From IMG/VR virus record IMGVR_UViG_3300037470_000856, positions 1-64,000 of that record: a stretch of 64,000 nucleotides of DNA, one strand, 5' to 3'. Numbering within the stretch: the stretch's first letter is position 1; each line of letters opens with the position of its first letter. Of the stretch, positions 29,201-36,747 are shown one piece after another. The notes under the pieces are model-generated. The model did no database searches. It worked only from the letters and a program-made list of their open reading frames with translations, and was not told where the DNA came from. Source of the DNA: a virus. Both the position numbers and the translations under genes were made by a program.

Positions 29201-29528
29201 CGTCGAGCAGTTTCCGCGTGGCAGCGGCCTGTTCGGTCAGGCGTTTCTTCTCAGCCTTGTCCTTCGTAGCCTCCGCCTGCCGAATGAGGGACTCGTACTG
29301 CTGCTGCGCGTCGAGAATGCCGGACTTTATCGTGCCCCGCAGCGCTTGTCCGACCTTCCCGTCGGTCAGGGCATGGACGGTCGCCTCGCGGAAGGTGTTG
29401 GAAACCATCCGCTGCGCGTCCCGCATCGCCCGCTGCGTGCCGCTGACGAGCGCGCCCTCAAGGTCCCGCGCGAGGTTCTGCGAGTGGACGTTGAGGAGGA
29501 GATCCGCGGTGATCTGAGGTCCGGGCAT
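26292..29528 (-). CDS. Tape measure protein (1078 aa)
   Basis: Ala/Gln/Glu-rich helical protein with one hydrophobic segment (VGMALATVAAVVGAIVILVKIF) and a C-terminal GGGGRGGDVHISIYGG. Canonical position after the tube and chaperones. Confidence 0.8.
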   Translation of the reverse strand: MPGPQITADLLLNVHSQNLARDLEGALVSGTQRAMRDAQRMVSNTFREATVHALTDGKVGQALRGTIKSGILDAQQQYESLIRQAEATKDKAEKKRLTEQAAATRKLLDERYKEFQRELALQRQGAKAQREGAKRFAEGLESGAQNLRGLLSGGDLFGNLAQAGKGLGGRLQARGETRIAKAREAGLRGADPKQVAQMAKMGQTLAKVGMALATVAAVVGAIVILVKIFADIESKAKDMNKALLESAGAADFGLGHVDVVSGKLNERLQELRENTADLNEVFFNFGASAKEQQAVLSQLNQAGFTYAKMTEGTTSAAQRVQGYADALGAALTYSRALGVSSSQMAQTMGEFTLETGQGLEQIADQFSGITTEAMRAGFVTKRFYASVTAATSGMAFYGVRLEETTKLLASFDSLLGETVGAEAFKRLVGQYRDAGEQKKLQDIIVKGEGLVAKELGKAFDLRVSELQRDFGDRLGGANVAEMLTSMTEQELRQQLERQGFKPEEMRRFATAQRLGAAPGRGKGAMMEAMGAAGPGFDIAMAMNASQVFQGRNVGEVARQARAGGDQGAVRVALSSVADAQGMKLEQLVELFEQADARWQNLERIQQEIKKNAGDRTKLAQEDQDYLQRLEDKFGIEITDLGEKITKDGLEMTEAMDLVRTSSVDSGEKLSDQFSRDQEIAVGISENIYGLNEIMEQTIAKILNDIYGVVAAIARKYLMGSKEMEKVQAIEEARKYREKTQAELEKKHSDLRTIEVKLRTAEGEEREKLLKERETINKDAERAQKDAKRADVLWKAAKTGPAGRTLQRGEQKLAEAGVITQQQASLGGKYAEATIEKMFGEVDASSSGIVAAWSDIPTKTIGVFEDIEAEDITEEMRQGYEALDEETKKAFEKLYGKDAVAEAFKAAEDAAVKKAEEVESVWTTEATEWEQIRGAAVGAFKSKLLQSAGGGEGGAYTLDELRSSMETMPVLGSFNEQIIRNLEMIAKSTDETAHAADTGIRLDLSNATKANDLILPAAGGQPILTDERDTLMAFKPGGPLAGAMGGGGRGGDVHISIYGGDQRQVYDTVMKALKAVGRA

Positions 29529-29531
29529 CAG

Positions 29532-30773
29532 CTAGTCCTCTTCTCCGTCGTCCACGAAGGTGGCCGTCGGCCTGCGCTGAGAGATCTTGTCCTGAAGCGT
29601 CTCGCGGGCGTTCTGATCCGGCTTGCGCAAAACGTCAACCATGTCCTCCGTCACGGGCCGAAGGGACTTGATGTTGCCCTCTTCGTCGACGTGAAGGTCC
29701 CCCACCTCGGGGTTCTTCTCGATGTACTTCTGATAAGCGCTGTTGTGAGTGTGATCGTCCACAACGTACTTGGCGCCGGGGAACCGGGCCTGCATGCGCT
29801 CGAGGAACTTCTTGCCGGCGTCTCCGGCCAGCGGCACAAGCTGATTCCGGGTGATGCCCTCTTCCTTGAGGGCAGCGTCGAGAGCCCCCCGGCGCTTGAC
29901 ATTGTCCTCCTTGCGCTTCTCAACCTCGTACTTGATCTTCGCCTTGGCGTTGTCGACGACGCGGTCGTGATCGTCCTTCTTCCCTTCAACCCAGCGGCGC
30001 ATCGACTCGCGCAGTTCCTCCTCGGTCTCTGCCATGATGACCTGCTGGAAGGGGCGGTTGTCGGTCTGATCCTTTTCGCCCTTCTTGCTGAGGAGCCCCT
30101 TGGCCTCGTAGTAGACCCGGTCCTGCACGCGCTCACGGCGACGCCTCGTGTCTGCGTCGCGCTTCTTGTCCTGCGCGTTGAGTTTCTTGACGCTCTTCGG
30201 AGCGTGCGGACTCACCAAAAACTTCGTGAGGACCCAGTCGTGGTCCTCGCTCTCGCGCCGATCCTCCATCTGGTTGTAGTAGATCCACAGGGAGATAACC
30301 GAATTGTGGAACCGCTGCATGGCATGGGTCGCCTTGCGCTGCCTCAACCCCTCCCCGTCCGTGCGCCACAGGGACCGCGACTCGTGCTCGTAGAGAAACC
30401 CCTCAAGGAGGTCCCCGGCCCGCTCTACACGACGCATGAGCGACGTGACCAAGTTGTAGAGCATGTTCAACGTGTCGCGCGGAAGTTCGACGAAAGCCTC
30501 AAAGAGGCGACACGTCGCGACCTCGTCGTTGGAAACGACGGACCCGTTGACCATCCAGATAGCCATAGCGACGCACCAAGATCTCCAGTCATGTTCGCCG
30601 AGGCCCCAGGCGCGATATTGAAGGAGATCCCAGTCGGCTTGGTCGATGGAGCGCATGACGAAGCGCGCCGAGCCGATCGAGACCGCCTGCGACAGGAACC
30701 CCGGCACGAGGAGGGTTCGCACATCGTCGTAGATCTCCGATCGCTGCTCGGACGTCGTCTTCGCCAGCTCCAT
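29532..30773 (-). CDS. Tail assembly chaperone-like protein (413 aa)
   Basis: Directly precedes the tape measure gene. Charged and helical. Confidence 0.55.
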   Translation of the reverse strand: MELAKTTSEQRSEIYDDVRTLLVPGFLSQAVSIGSARFVMRSIDQADWDLLQYRAWGLGEHDWRSWCVAMAIWMVNGSVVSNDEVATCRLFEAFVELPRDTLNMLYNLVTSLMRRVERAGDLLEGFLYEHESRSLWRTDGEGLRQRKATHAMQRFHNSVISLWIYYNQMEDRRESEDHDWVLTKFLVSPHAPKSVKKLNAQDKKRDADTRRRRERVQDRVYYEAKGLLSKKGEKDQTDNRPFQQVIMAETEEELRESMRRWVEGKKDDHDRVVDNAKAKIKYEVEKRKEDNVKRRGALDAALKEEGITRNQLVPLAGDAGKKFLERMQARFPGAKYVVDDHTHNSAYQKYIEKNPEVGDLHVDEEGNIKSLRPVTEDMVDVLRKPDQNARETLQDKISQRRPTATFVDDGEED

Positions 30774-30783
30774 GGACTACCTG

Positions 30784-32298
30784 CTACTGGCTACCGGGGG
30801 CCCGGAACTTGTCCTGGCGCCCTCCGGCGGCCGGGTTGATCTGCACGGGACCGGGAGGCGCATCTCCGTGCTGACGTTCGACCGCCTCGGCGTGCCTCTG
30901 TCGCGCGGGCCTGTCGAGGACCTGGGTCGGCATCTTGTAGACGGGCTTGCCGTGGAGGGTAGTCGCGGGGGCACCGGGTCGCCCCGCGGGCTGCGGGTGC
31001 GTGGGTTGAGCCTGCTGCGGCTGAGTTCGCTGAGGCCGCGCGGTCTGCTGACGTCCTGCTCCGGTGTCGAAGACTTGGTCCTGCAGGTTTGCGGCCTCGC
31101 GCAGGCCGGACGTCCGAGGATCGAGACTCACGGCCGAGGGACGTCCCGCGTCGCGCTGTCGCTGCTGTACCTGGCGTGCCGCGTCCTCGCGAGACGGCAT
31201 CCCCATCGCCTCGGCCCGCTGCTGCGCCATTTTCTTCTCCCGCTGACTCCTCATGTGGTGGGCGTGGAGTTGCGCCTGACGCTTGGCTTCCGCGGCCATG
31301 GCAGCGTCGGGATCGGACGGGTCGAAGAACGAGTCGCCCTCGTGAGGCAGCGCGAATCCCTGCTCGTCGACACTGTCCTCAAAAGGCGCCTGCCTCGGAG
31401 GCTCCTCGGAGAGGTCGGGCAGCGTGTACCGATCAGGAGGCGCGGCCTCCTGCGGGATGGCACTCTGGCGTCCCTGTGGCTGAGGAGGCTCGTGGCGGGG
31501 CTGCGGGGGGGACTGAGAGGGTTCGCGTGCGGCTACCTGGGGCGGTCGCCCCGGCTGGCCTGCGGGTTGGGGCAGCCGTTGAGAGACCGCTTGAGGCACG
31601 CCCTGAAGCTCCTCGTCGGGTAGTTCGCGCTCAGGTGAGGCCTCTCCCGCAGCAGCGTTGCCTCCCGCGTTCGACCGGATGCGGTTGCGTGCTGCTTGGT
31701 TCTGGTGGTCGACACGGAGAACTGCTTTCTGCGCCTTCTGGGCGGGCGTTTCCGTGGGGTTCTTCTTGCGTTCGTTCCGCTTAAGTTTGAGGTCGGCAAG
31801 CCGTTTCTCGACGCGGTCGATCTCCTCCTCCAAGTCAGTCGGATCGAACTTCACGAGTTTCGACGCCTGGATCTCGACGCGCTCGAGCAGTTCCCCAAAC
31901 TTCGCGAAGACCTGAAGCGAAACGGCCTTGGCCCACTGGTCCCGGATCAGGTCACGGACGGCCTCCCACTTCGGGACGGAAATCTCGTTGCCGTTCTCGT
32001 CGATCTCCCCGGTTTCGACCCAGTCAACGCCGTGGAGGTCCATGTCGCCGAGGCGTACGATCGAGAAGCCGAGCGTCGCCAGCCGGACCCGGTCCATGAA
32101 GTCTTGGTAGGCGGCGGTGTCGCCTTCTTCTCCCATCCCCTCCCACGCAACCTGTGCGTAGCGTTGCACATCCGTCTCCTCGTTGGAGCGAAGCGGCCTC
32201 AGGGTGATGGCTTGTCCGTCGACCGTGAACGTCAGTTCATGGGCGTGGATCGTCTCGATTTGGTTGATTGCGGCCTCAAGGGCCTTGAGCTGGACCAT
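30784..32298 (-). CDS. Tail assembly chaperone-like protein with a long disordered Gln/Pro-rich tail
   Basis: ATG at 32298 with a GGAG RBS. N-terminal ITLRPLRSNEE is chaperone-like. Lies between tube and tape measure. Confidence 0.55.
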   Translation of the reverse strand: MVQLKALEAAINQIETIHAHELTFTVDGQAITLRPLRSNEETDVQRYAQVAWEGMGEEGDTAAYQDFMDRVRLATLGFSIVRLGDMDLHGVDWVETGEIDENGNEISVPKWEAVRDLIRDQWAKAVSLQVFAKFGELLERVEIQASKLVKFDPTDLEEEIDRVEKRLADLKLKRNERKKNPTETPAQKAQKAVLRVDHQNQAARNRIRSNAGGNAAAGEASPERELPDEELQGVPQAVSQRLPQPAGQPGRPPQVAAREPSQSPPQPRHEPPQPQGRQSAIPQEAAPPDRYTLPDLSEEPPRQAPFEDSVDEQGFALPHEGDSFFDPSDPDAAMAAEAKRQAQLHAHHMRSQREKKMAQQRAEAMGMPSREDAARQVQQRQRDAGRPSAVSLDPRTSGLREAANLQDQVFDTGAGRQQTARPQRTQPQQAQPTHPQPAGRPGAPATTLHGKPVYKMPTQVLDRPARQRHAEAVERQHGDAPPGPVQINPAAGGRQDKFRAPGSQ

Positions 32299-32391
32299 GA
32301 CTGTCTCCACAGGGTCGTGGAGCAAGTCGGTGGTTCGTTTTCACAGCGCAAGCGGGTTCACATTTGTGGAAACCCATCTTCATCTTCATGG

Positions 32392-32412
32392 TGACCGTCC
32401 CCGAGGGGAGGA
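32392..32412 (-). promoter_or_regulatory. Leader hairpin motif copy 1 (TCCTCCCCTCGGGGACGGTCA)
   Basis: Near-identical to 44310-44330 and 55322-55343. About 94 nt upstream of the chaperone start. Confidence 0.6.
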
Positions 32413-32504
32413 GGGAGAACAGCTCGATGAGCGATCTGTCGGTTCCCATTTTTTCACGTTCACATTCGCGTCTGTGACGCTCCACCGATTGCTCGGGTTG
32501 CACG

Positions 32505-32532
32505 AAAACCCCCCGCCCGAGAGCGCGGAGGC
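32505..32532 (-). terminator. Possible intrinsic terminator/attenuator after the tail tube gene
   Basis: Minus strand GCCTCCGC-loop-GCGGGGGG followed by TTTT. Confidence 0.4.
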
Positions 32533-32580
32533 ACTGTGGGGACAGGACGGCATAAACCACCCTACCCCCGGAATTCAGGG

Positions 32581-33372
32581 CTAGACCGTGATGAAGTCGG
32601 ACGCGGTGCGCTGGTCGGAGGCGTTGAAGCGCACCGAGCCCACCTGGCCGATGGTCGGGTCGTTGCCGGTGGCGAGGAACTCGCCGTACTCGGACGAGAA
32701 GTCGTGAACGTCACTGATCGTGACGTCGCCGGTCTCCATCAGCATCCCGGTGTCGCGGCTCAGGTTGGTGAGCGACCACGAGTTGAACCAGCAAGTCTCG
32801 TACAGCGTGATGATCGCGGTGTGACCGCGAAGATCCCCGGGGAAGTTGTTCGGGTCGTTGGTGACCTGCGGGTAGACGATCTCCTTGACGCCGCCGTCGA
32901 AGGTGCCGCCGCCGCCGTTGAACCCGACGCCCGACTGCCCGGTCAGGTCGAGGTCCGCGAGGGTCGAGAAGACGAGCTGCTGCTCGATGTCGAAGGGCCA
33001 CCGGTGGTGACGCAGCGAGCGCACGGGACCCGAGACTCCGCCCGCGTAGCCCGTGGCCTGCCAGAGATTGGCGAGATACAGGAGCGCGCGTTCGAAGCCG
33101 GCGGTCATCGCCTCCGTCACCGACGGGACGAGCTCGGCGATCATGTCGCCGAAGCCGATGCCCCGGAGGGTGTCAATCGTGCGCGTCTCGTTCGGCGTGA
33201 AACTCGAGAGGACGCCCATCTGAAACAGGAGGTTCGCGTCCGACCCGTAGGCGGGGGTCAAAAGGCGAACCTTCTGCGAGACGGCCGTGCGCGTCTGTGG
33301 GGAGGTGCCAAAGTCGTACAGGTAGCTCGATCCCTGTACGCCGTTGCTGGGGTTGATGTCCTTGTTGGCCAT
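32581..33372 (-). CDS. Tail tube protein (263 aa)
   Basis: RTIDTLRGIGFGD..ELVPSVT..FERALLY..WPFDIEQ..ITLYETCWFNSWS is tube-like. Strong AAGGAAGG RBS. Lies downstream of the sheath. Confidence 0.8.
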   Translation of the reverse strand: MANKDINPSNGVQGSSYLYDFGTSPQTRTAVSQKVRLLTPAYGSDANLLFQMGVLSSFTPNETRTIDTLRGIGFGDMIAELVPSVTEAMTAGFERALLYLANLWQATGYAGGVSGPVRSLRHHRWPFDIEQQLVFSTLADLDLTGQSGVGFNGGGGTFDGGVKEIVYPQVTNDPNNFPGDLRGHTAIITLYETCWFNSWSLTNLSRDTGMLMETGDVTISDVHDFSSEYGEFLATGNDPTIGQVGSVRFNASDQRTASDFITV

Positions 33373-33466
33373 GGTGCCTTCCTTGTTGGTCAGACGGCTA
33401 GCCCCAGCCGGGGCGACTCACCGCGCAAAGTGGAGACGAGACGGTCCCCTCTACAAGAGACGCCGC

Positions 33467-33640
33467 CTATAAACGGAGAAACGAAGAGAGCCACGCGCGG
33501 GCGACGCGCGAGGCGCTCCAGGCTAGAGGGTTGCCTTGGCGCATGGCCCAGCGTTTTGCGGGGTCCGACTCGGTCTCGAAACGCCGCGCGAGCTCGGTAG
33601 GCGGGACGTTCATGTAGGCCACATCGTGAAACTCGCTCAC
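33467..33640 (-). CDS. Small ORF (57 aa) carrying an RVAxxW motif
   Basis: Below the ORF-track cutoff. GTGA overlap with the AdoMetDC stop. Translates MSEFHDVAYMNVPPTELARRFETESDPAKRWAMRQGNPLAWSASRVARAWLSSFLRL. Confidence 0.45.
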   Translation of the reverse strand: MSEFHDVAYMNVPPTELARRFETESDPAKRWAMRQGNPLAWSASRVARAWLSSFLRL

Positions 33641-34098
33641 GGCCAGTGTCTCACAATCCAGTGGCTCGACCTGATTTTCACGTTGAAGCGAGATTGCAGG
33701 AACTCGTCCGTCGCCGACGAGCTGAACTCCTTGCAGGAGAACACATCGAGCGCGAAGCGGTGACGCAGGGGCCAGGTGTGGATGCTGAGATGGCTCGTGG
33801 TGTGGATGCTGAGATGGCTCGTGGTGTGGATGCTGAGATGGCTCGTGGTGATGATGCAGGTGCCCGTGACGCCGCCGTCGTCCTCGAGCGTGCCCCCCAT
33901 CTTGGCCGGCTCGAGCGGGACGGTCTTGAACGTAGGGGCGACGAGCACCTTCATGTCGAGGAGTTCTACGAGGTCGAGGAACACCTTCTTGAGGAACACG
34001 ACGTCCCCGAGCTGCCCCGACTTCTCGGGGTTCACGACGGCGTCGTAGGTAAGGTGCCAGCCGGCGTAGTTGTTGTCCATGGCGGCACTCGGGTTCAC
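33637..34098 (-). CDS. speD: S-adenosylmethionine decarboxylase proenzyme (SpeD/SpeH-type) with a triplicated cleavage motif
   Basis: GWHLTYD...GGVTGTCII-TSHLSIHTWP...ALDVFSC matches the pyruvoyl-dependent AdoMetDC pattern. Confidence 0.85.
   Translation of the reverse strand: MNPSAAMDNNYAGWHLTYDAVVNPEKSGQLGDVVFLKKVFLDLVELLDMKVLVAPTFKTVPLEPAKMGGTLEDDGGVTGTCIITTSHLSIHTTSHLSIHTTSHLSIHTWPLRHRFALDVFSCKEFSSSATDEFLQSRFNVKIRSSHWIVRHWP
33778..33849. repeat. Perfect 24-bp tandem repeat x3 (gtggatgctgagatggctcgtggt)
   Basis: Directly visible. Encodes TTSHLSIH three times. Confidence 0.95.
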
Positions 34099-34108
34099 GC
34101 CAACCGTT

Positions 34109-36703
34109 TCAAGCCCGGAACACCAGGAGCGGATCAGCTCTCGTGGCGCCGGATTTCAGCCTTCTCACCGGCATGTAGATGGTCGGCTCTACGCGGAAAC
34201 CAAGACGGGATGCTTCCCTGACCGCTTCGTCCGCGAGGACCACCCCATCGAGCGGCTTGGCGGGAAGGTTCAGGACGAGATGCGCCCCGAGCTTGAGACG
34301 GGCACGTGCCGTTTTCATCACCGGCACCAAGAACCCGGCGATCCACCTCGCAATGCTCCCGTACGATAATGCCTCGGCCGAGGCGCTCCCGTAGACCTCC
34401 AAGTCGAAGTAGGGAGGGGACGTGAAGACGAGGTCCAACGGACGACCAGGATCAAAAGTCTCCGCCCGGGCGCAAACAATCTCGCACCTGTCGACAACTT
34501 CAAGATCCCGGGCCAAGCGCAGGTTGCCCTCAACAGTCTGAGGTTCGACGTCGGTCCCGAGGTAAGTCCCCACCCCTGCAGCCATCGCCCCGAAAAGACG
34601 GCCACCATATCCTGCGCAAGGGTCCCACACGACGCCTCCGCGATCACCATAAGTTTGGCAGATGTACTTCGCCACCGCAGGCCGAAACACGGACGGCGTC
34701 CGGCACAGCATCTGGAGGGCCCGCAGCACGCGTGCTGGCGTCGTGGGGTGCCCCGCGTTGAGTTGCACTCGGACCGCGGCCCTAAGCCTGTCGTCGTCGT
34801 CCCATGCTTCCCGAACGCTACGCGCTTTCTTGTACCGGGCCTCGTAGCGATTCGGGAAGAAAGAGGCACACGCGATCGTGCCGCGCAAGGTGTACGGCCG
34901 CACGAATCCTTCCCCGTCAAGCCACACTTCCTGTTGACGCAACTTGGTGAACTCGGCCTTGGTCTTGGGTGACGGGAGGATATCAGGAAACCCTTGGGCC
35001 CTCAGCGTCTCCAGGATCTCCTCTACGTCCCGCACCTTGGCCTCTTCGCTCTTGTTGGCCCATAACGTGACATCGTTCCCAAGAAGTCTTTTCCAAAACC
35101 CTTGGTCGTGGATCGGATCGCTGTACCGCACGATTTTCACCGTGTACCCAATCTCCCGCGCGCGGGAGACCTTGAAGTCGTCAATCTCGCGGAGGCGCTC
35201 AAATTCTTCGTGGGTCTTGTGCCACGATTCGATGAAGTAAAAATGCTGCTCTCCGTGGGCCTCAATGATCAGGTTACGCGCCGGGAAATAGCCGTCAAAG
35301 TGAAATTTGCGCCCCGTTGCACCGTTCACAATTCTCGGGTCCGTCCACTCAGGTTCGTAGTGAACCCCCAAAAACGACGCCACCCCGTCCAGCACGGCCT
35401 TTTGCCAAGCGAGACGGCTCCGCGTTTTCAACCCGAGATCGGAACAGTTTCGGCGAATTTGCCACTGTGCGCAGCGGAAAGCCCTTGAAGCAGCAGCAGC
35501 GATGACTCGTCCTTTGTCATCCATGAAGGGACGGAGTTGCTCCGCCGTCAACACGAGTTTGTTGGTGGGGGGGAGCCGCTGTCCGGCTCGTAGTGCCGTC
35601 AGGGGGGCCTTCGGATGGTCCCGGCAATAACGTTCAAGGGTGTGCGCTGAACGGACGTGAGACGTGAGATTCTCCGCACGATGCCCGCACTCCCGGCACA
35701 TCACGAAGTCCTCCGGCTCGCTCTTTTCTCGCCACAGCACAAGGTCGTCCTCTGCCTTGCATTCCTCGCAGCGCAGATCGTGCAGTGAGCCCGCGAACAG
35801 AGACACCCGGACACCTTGTCCGCAGGTTGGACACGAAACCTCCTTGAGGGTCCCTTTCATGTAGTCGTTCGCTGCTCGGCCCTCTAACGAGCGCGCCAGT
35901 CGTGCCTGCTCAACCTTCTCAATGCGCCAGCGCACACCGGGCCACTTCGCCACGTAGACGGACGGAGTTGTCCTGTGCTCAGTCTTGAGGTGCTTCCACA
36001 AGTTCAGCGCACGATGTCCGCACTCCATGCAGACGACGTGGTTAATGCCCTCCTCGCCGAGTCGCTCCTGCTCACGCCGCTCACGCCATGCCCGGTGCTC
36101 GTCGTCTTTGGCGTGAGAAAAATGAGCGCCGAGTCCTCTCTGCCCTACGCACATCGTTCCGCACACGGGACAGGACGTGTCGGCTCCTCGATCCTTGAGG
36201 TCGCATGTCGTGCACAGAAACCTCGATCGCTTGGAGGCAGAGATGGCAGACACCTCCATCGGCTCCCCACATCCCTCACAGGGAACCTCGACGGTTCTGA
36301 TTTGTCTCGACTCCCTGGCGCGTGCCCGGTTGTTCTCAGTGGCTCTCACCGTCTGGAGTTCCCGTCCCCGCTCCCGAACCACATCACCGCCGTACACCTC
36401 CTCCCACCACGCCCGCACCTGCGTGTAGTGGACACCGAGGCGCTTCGCGACACCCTTCATCGGCTCACCCCTCTCAAAGGCCACGACGGCCTTGGCTTGA
36501 ACCGCAGAGTTCCCTGCGTTCCCCGTCTGCGCCTTGGCGAGTCCGCGAAGACGGTTGCCACGCTCTCGCACGGCATCACCGAACTCTTCCTTCCACACAC
36601 GGTAGACCCGATCACGACCCACGCCCACCCGCTTGGCCACGACGTTGGCAGCATCGTTGGAGCGGAAGGCGTCGAGGATCTGCGAGCGGACTTCAGGAGT
36701 CAC
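34109..36703 (-). CDS. HTH/zinc-finger + PD-(D/E)xK nuclease + amino-DNA-methyltransferase-like fusion (864 aa)
   Basis: Two HTH-like repeats and several CxxC/C2H2 fingers. FDGYF..LIIEAHGEQH nuclease motif, DPCAGYGGR SAM-binding motif and FTSPPY catalytic motif. Lower GC than its neighbours. Confidence 0.8.
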   Translation of the reverse strand: MTPEVRSQILDAFRSNDAANVVAKRVGVGRDRVYRVWKEEFGDAVRERGNRLRGLAKAQTGNAGNSAVQAKAVVAFERGEPMKGVAKRLGVHYTQVRAWWEEVYGGDVVRERGRELQTVRATENNRARARESRQIRTVEVPCEGCGEPMEVSAISASKRSRFLCTTCDLKDRGADTSCPVCGTMCVGQRGLGAHFSHAKDDEHRAWRERREQERLGEEGINHVVCMECGHRALNLWKHLKTEHRTTPSVYVAKWPGVRWRIEKVEQARLARSLEGRAANDYMKGTLKEVSCPTCGQGVRVSLFAGSLHDLRCEECKAEDDLVLWREKSEPEDFVMCRECGHRAENLTSHVRSAHTLERYCRDHPKAPLTALRAGQRLPPTNKLVLTAEQLRPFMDDKGRVIAAAASRAFRCAQWQIRRNCSDLGLKTRSRLAWQKAVLDGVASFLGVHYEPEWTDPRIVNGATGRKFHFDGYFPARNLIIEAHGEQHFYFIESWHKTHEEFERLREIDDFKVSRAREIGYTVKIVRYSDPIHDQGFWKRLLGNDVTLWANKSEEAKVRDVEEILETLRAQGFPDILPSPKTKAEFTKLRQQEVWLDGEGFVRPYTLRGTIACASFFPNRYEARYKKARSVREAWDDDDRLRAAVRVQLNAGHPTTPARVLRALQMLCRTPSVFRPAVAKYICQTYGDRGGVVWDPCAGYGGRLFGAMAAGVGTYLGTDVEPQTVEGNLRLARDLEVVDRCEIVCARAETFDPGRPLDLVFTSPPYFDLEVYGSASAEALSYGSIARWIAGFLVPVMKTARARLKLGAHLVLNLPAKPLDGVVLADEAVREASRLGFRVEPTIYMPVRRLKSGATRADPLLVFRA

Positions 36704-36704
36704 A

Positions 36705-36745
36705 CACTGGTCCTACCATGTCAGTAGGACCAGTGCAACTACTGA
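36705..36745 (-). promoter_or_regulatory. RBS-sequestering hairpin with a competing alternative stem
   Basis: 12-bp perfect inverted repeat (36705-36716 / 36724-36735) contains the AGGA RBS. Alternative 7-bp stem 36721-36727 / 36739-36745. Confidence 0.65.
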
Positions 36746-36747
36746 GA

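Noticed and set aside
29532-32298. Programmed -1 frameshift between the tail chaperones (lambda G/GT type)
   Set aside because: No convincing slippery heptamer near the end of the first ORF, and the second ORF has its own ATG with an upstream AGGT RBS-like sequence.
32276-32560. 94-aa ORF in the tube-chaperone gap, and likewise the 125-aa ORF at 44203-44580
   Set aside because: Atypical codon usage, and both overlap conserved leader motifs. Better explained as non-coding leaders.
33400-33414. GCCCC-ggct-GGGGC hairpin before the tube gene as a fourth leader-motif copy
   Set aside because: Similar C4/G4 stem, but it lacks the conserved TCCT and AYGGYCA flanks. At most a degenerate variant.
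33778-33849. 24-bp repeat as a CRISPR array
   Set aside because: There are no spacers and no cas genes. It is an in-frame coding tandem repeat.
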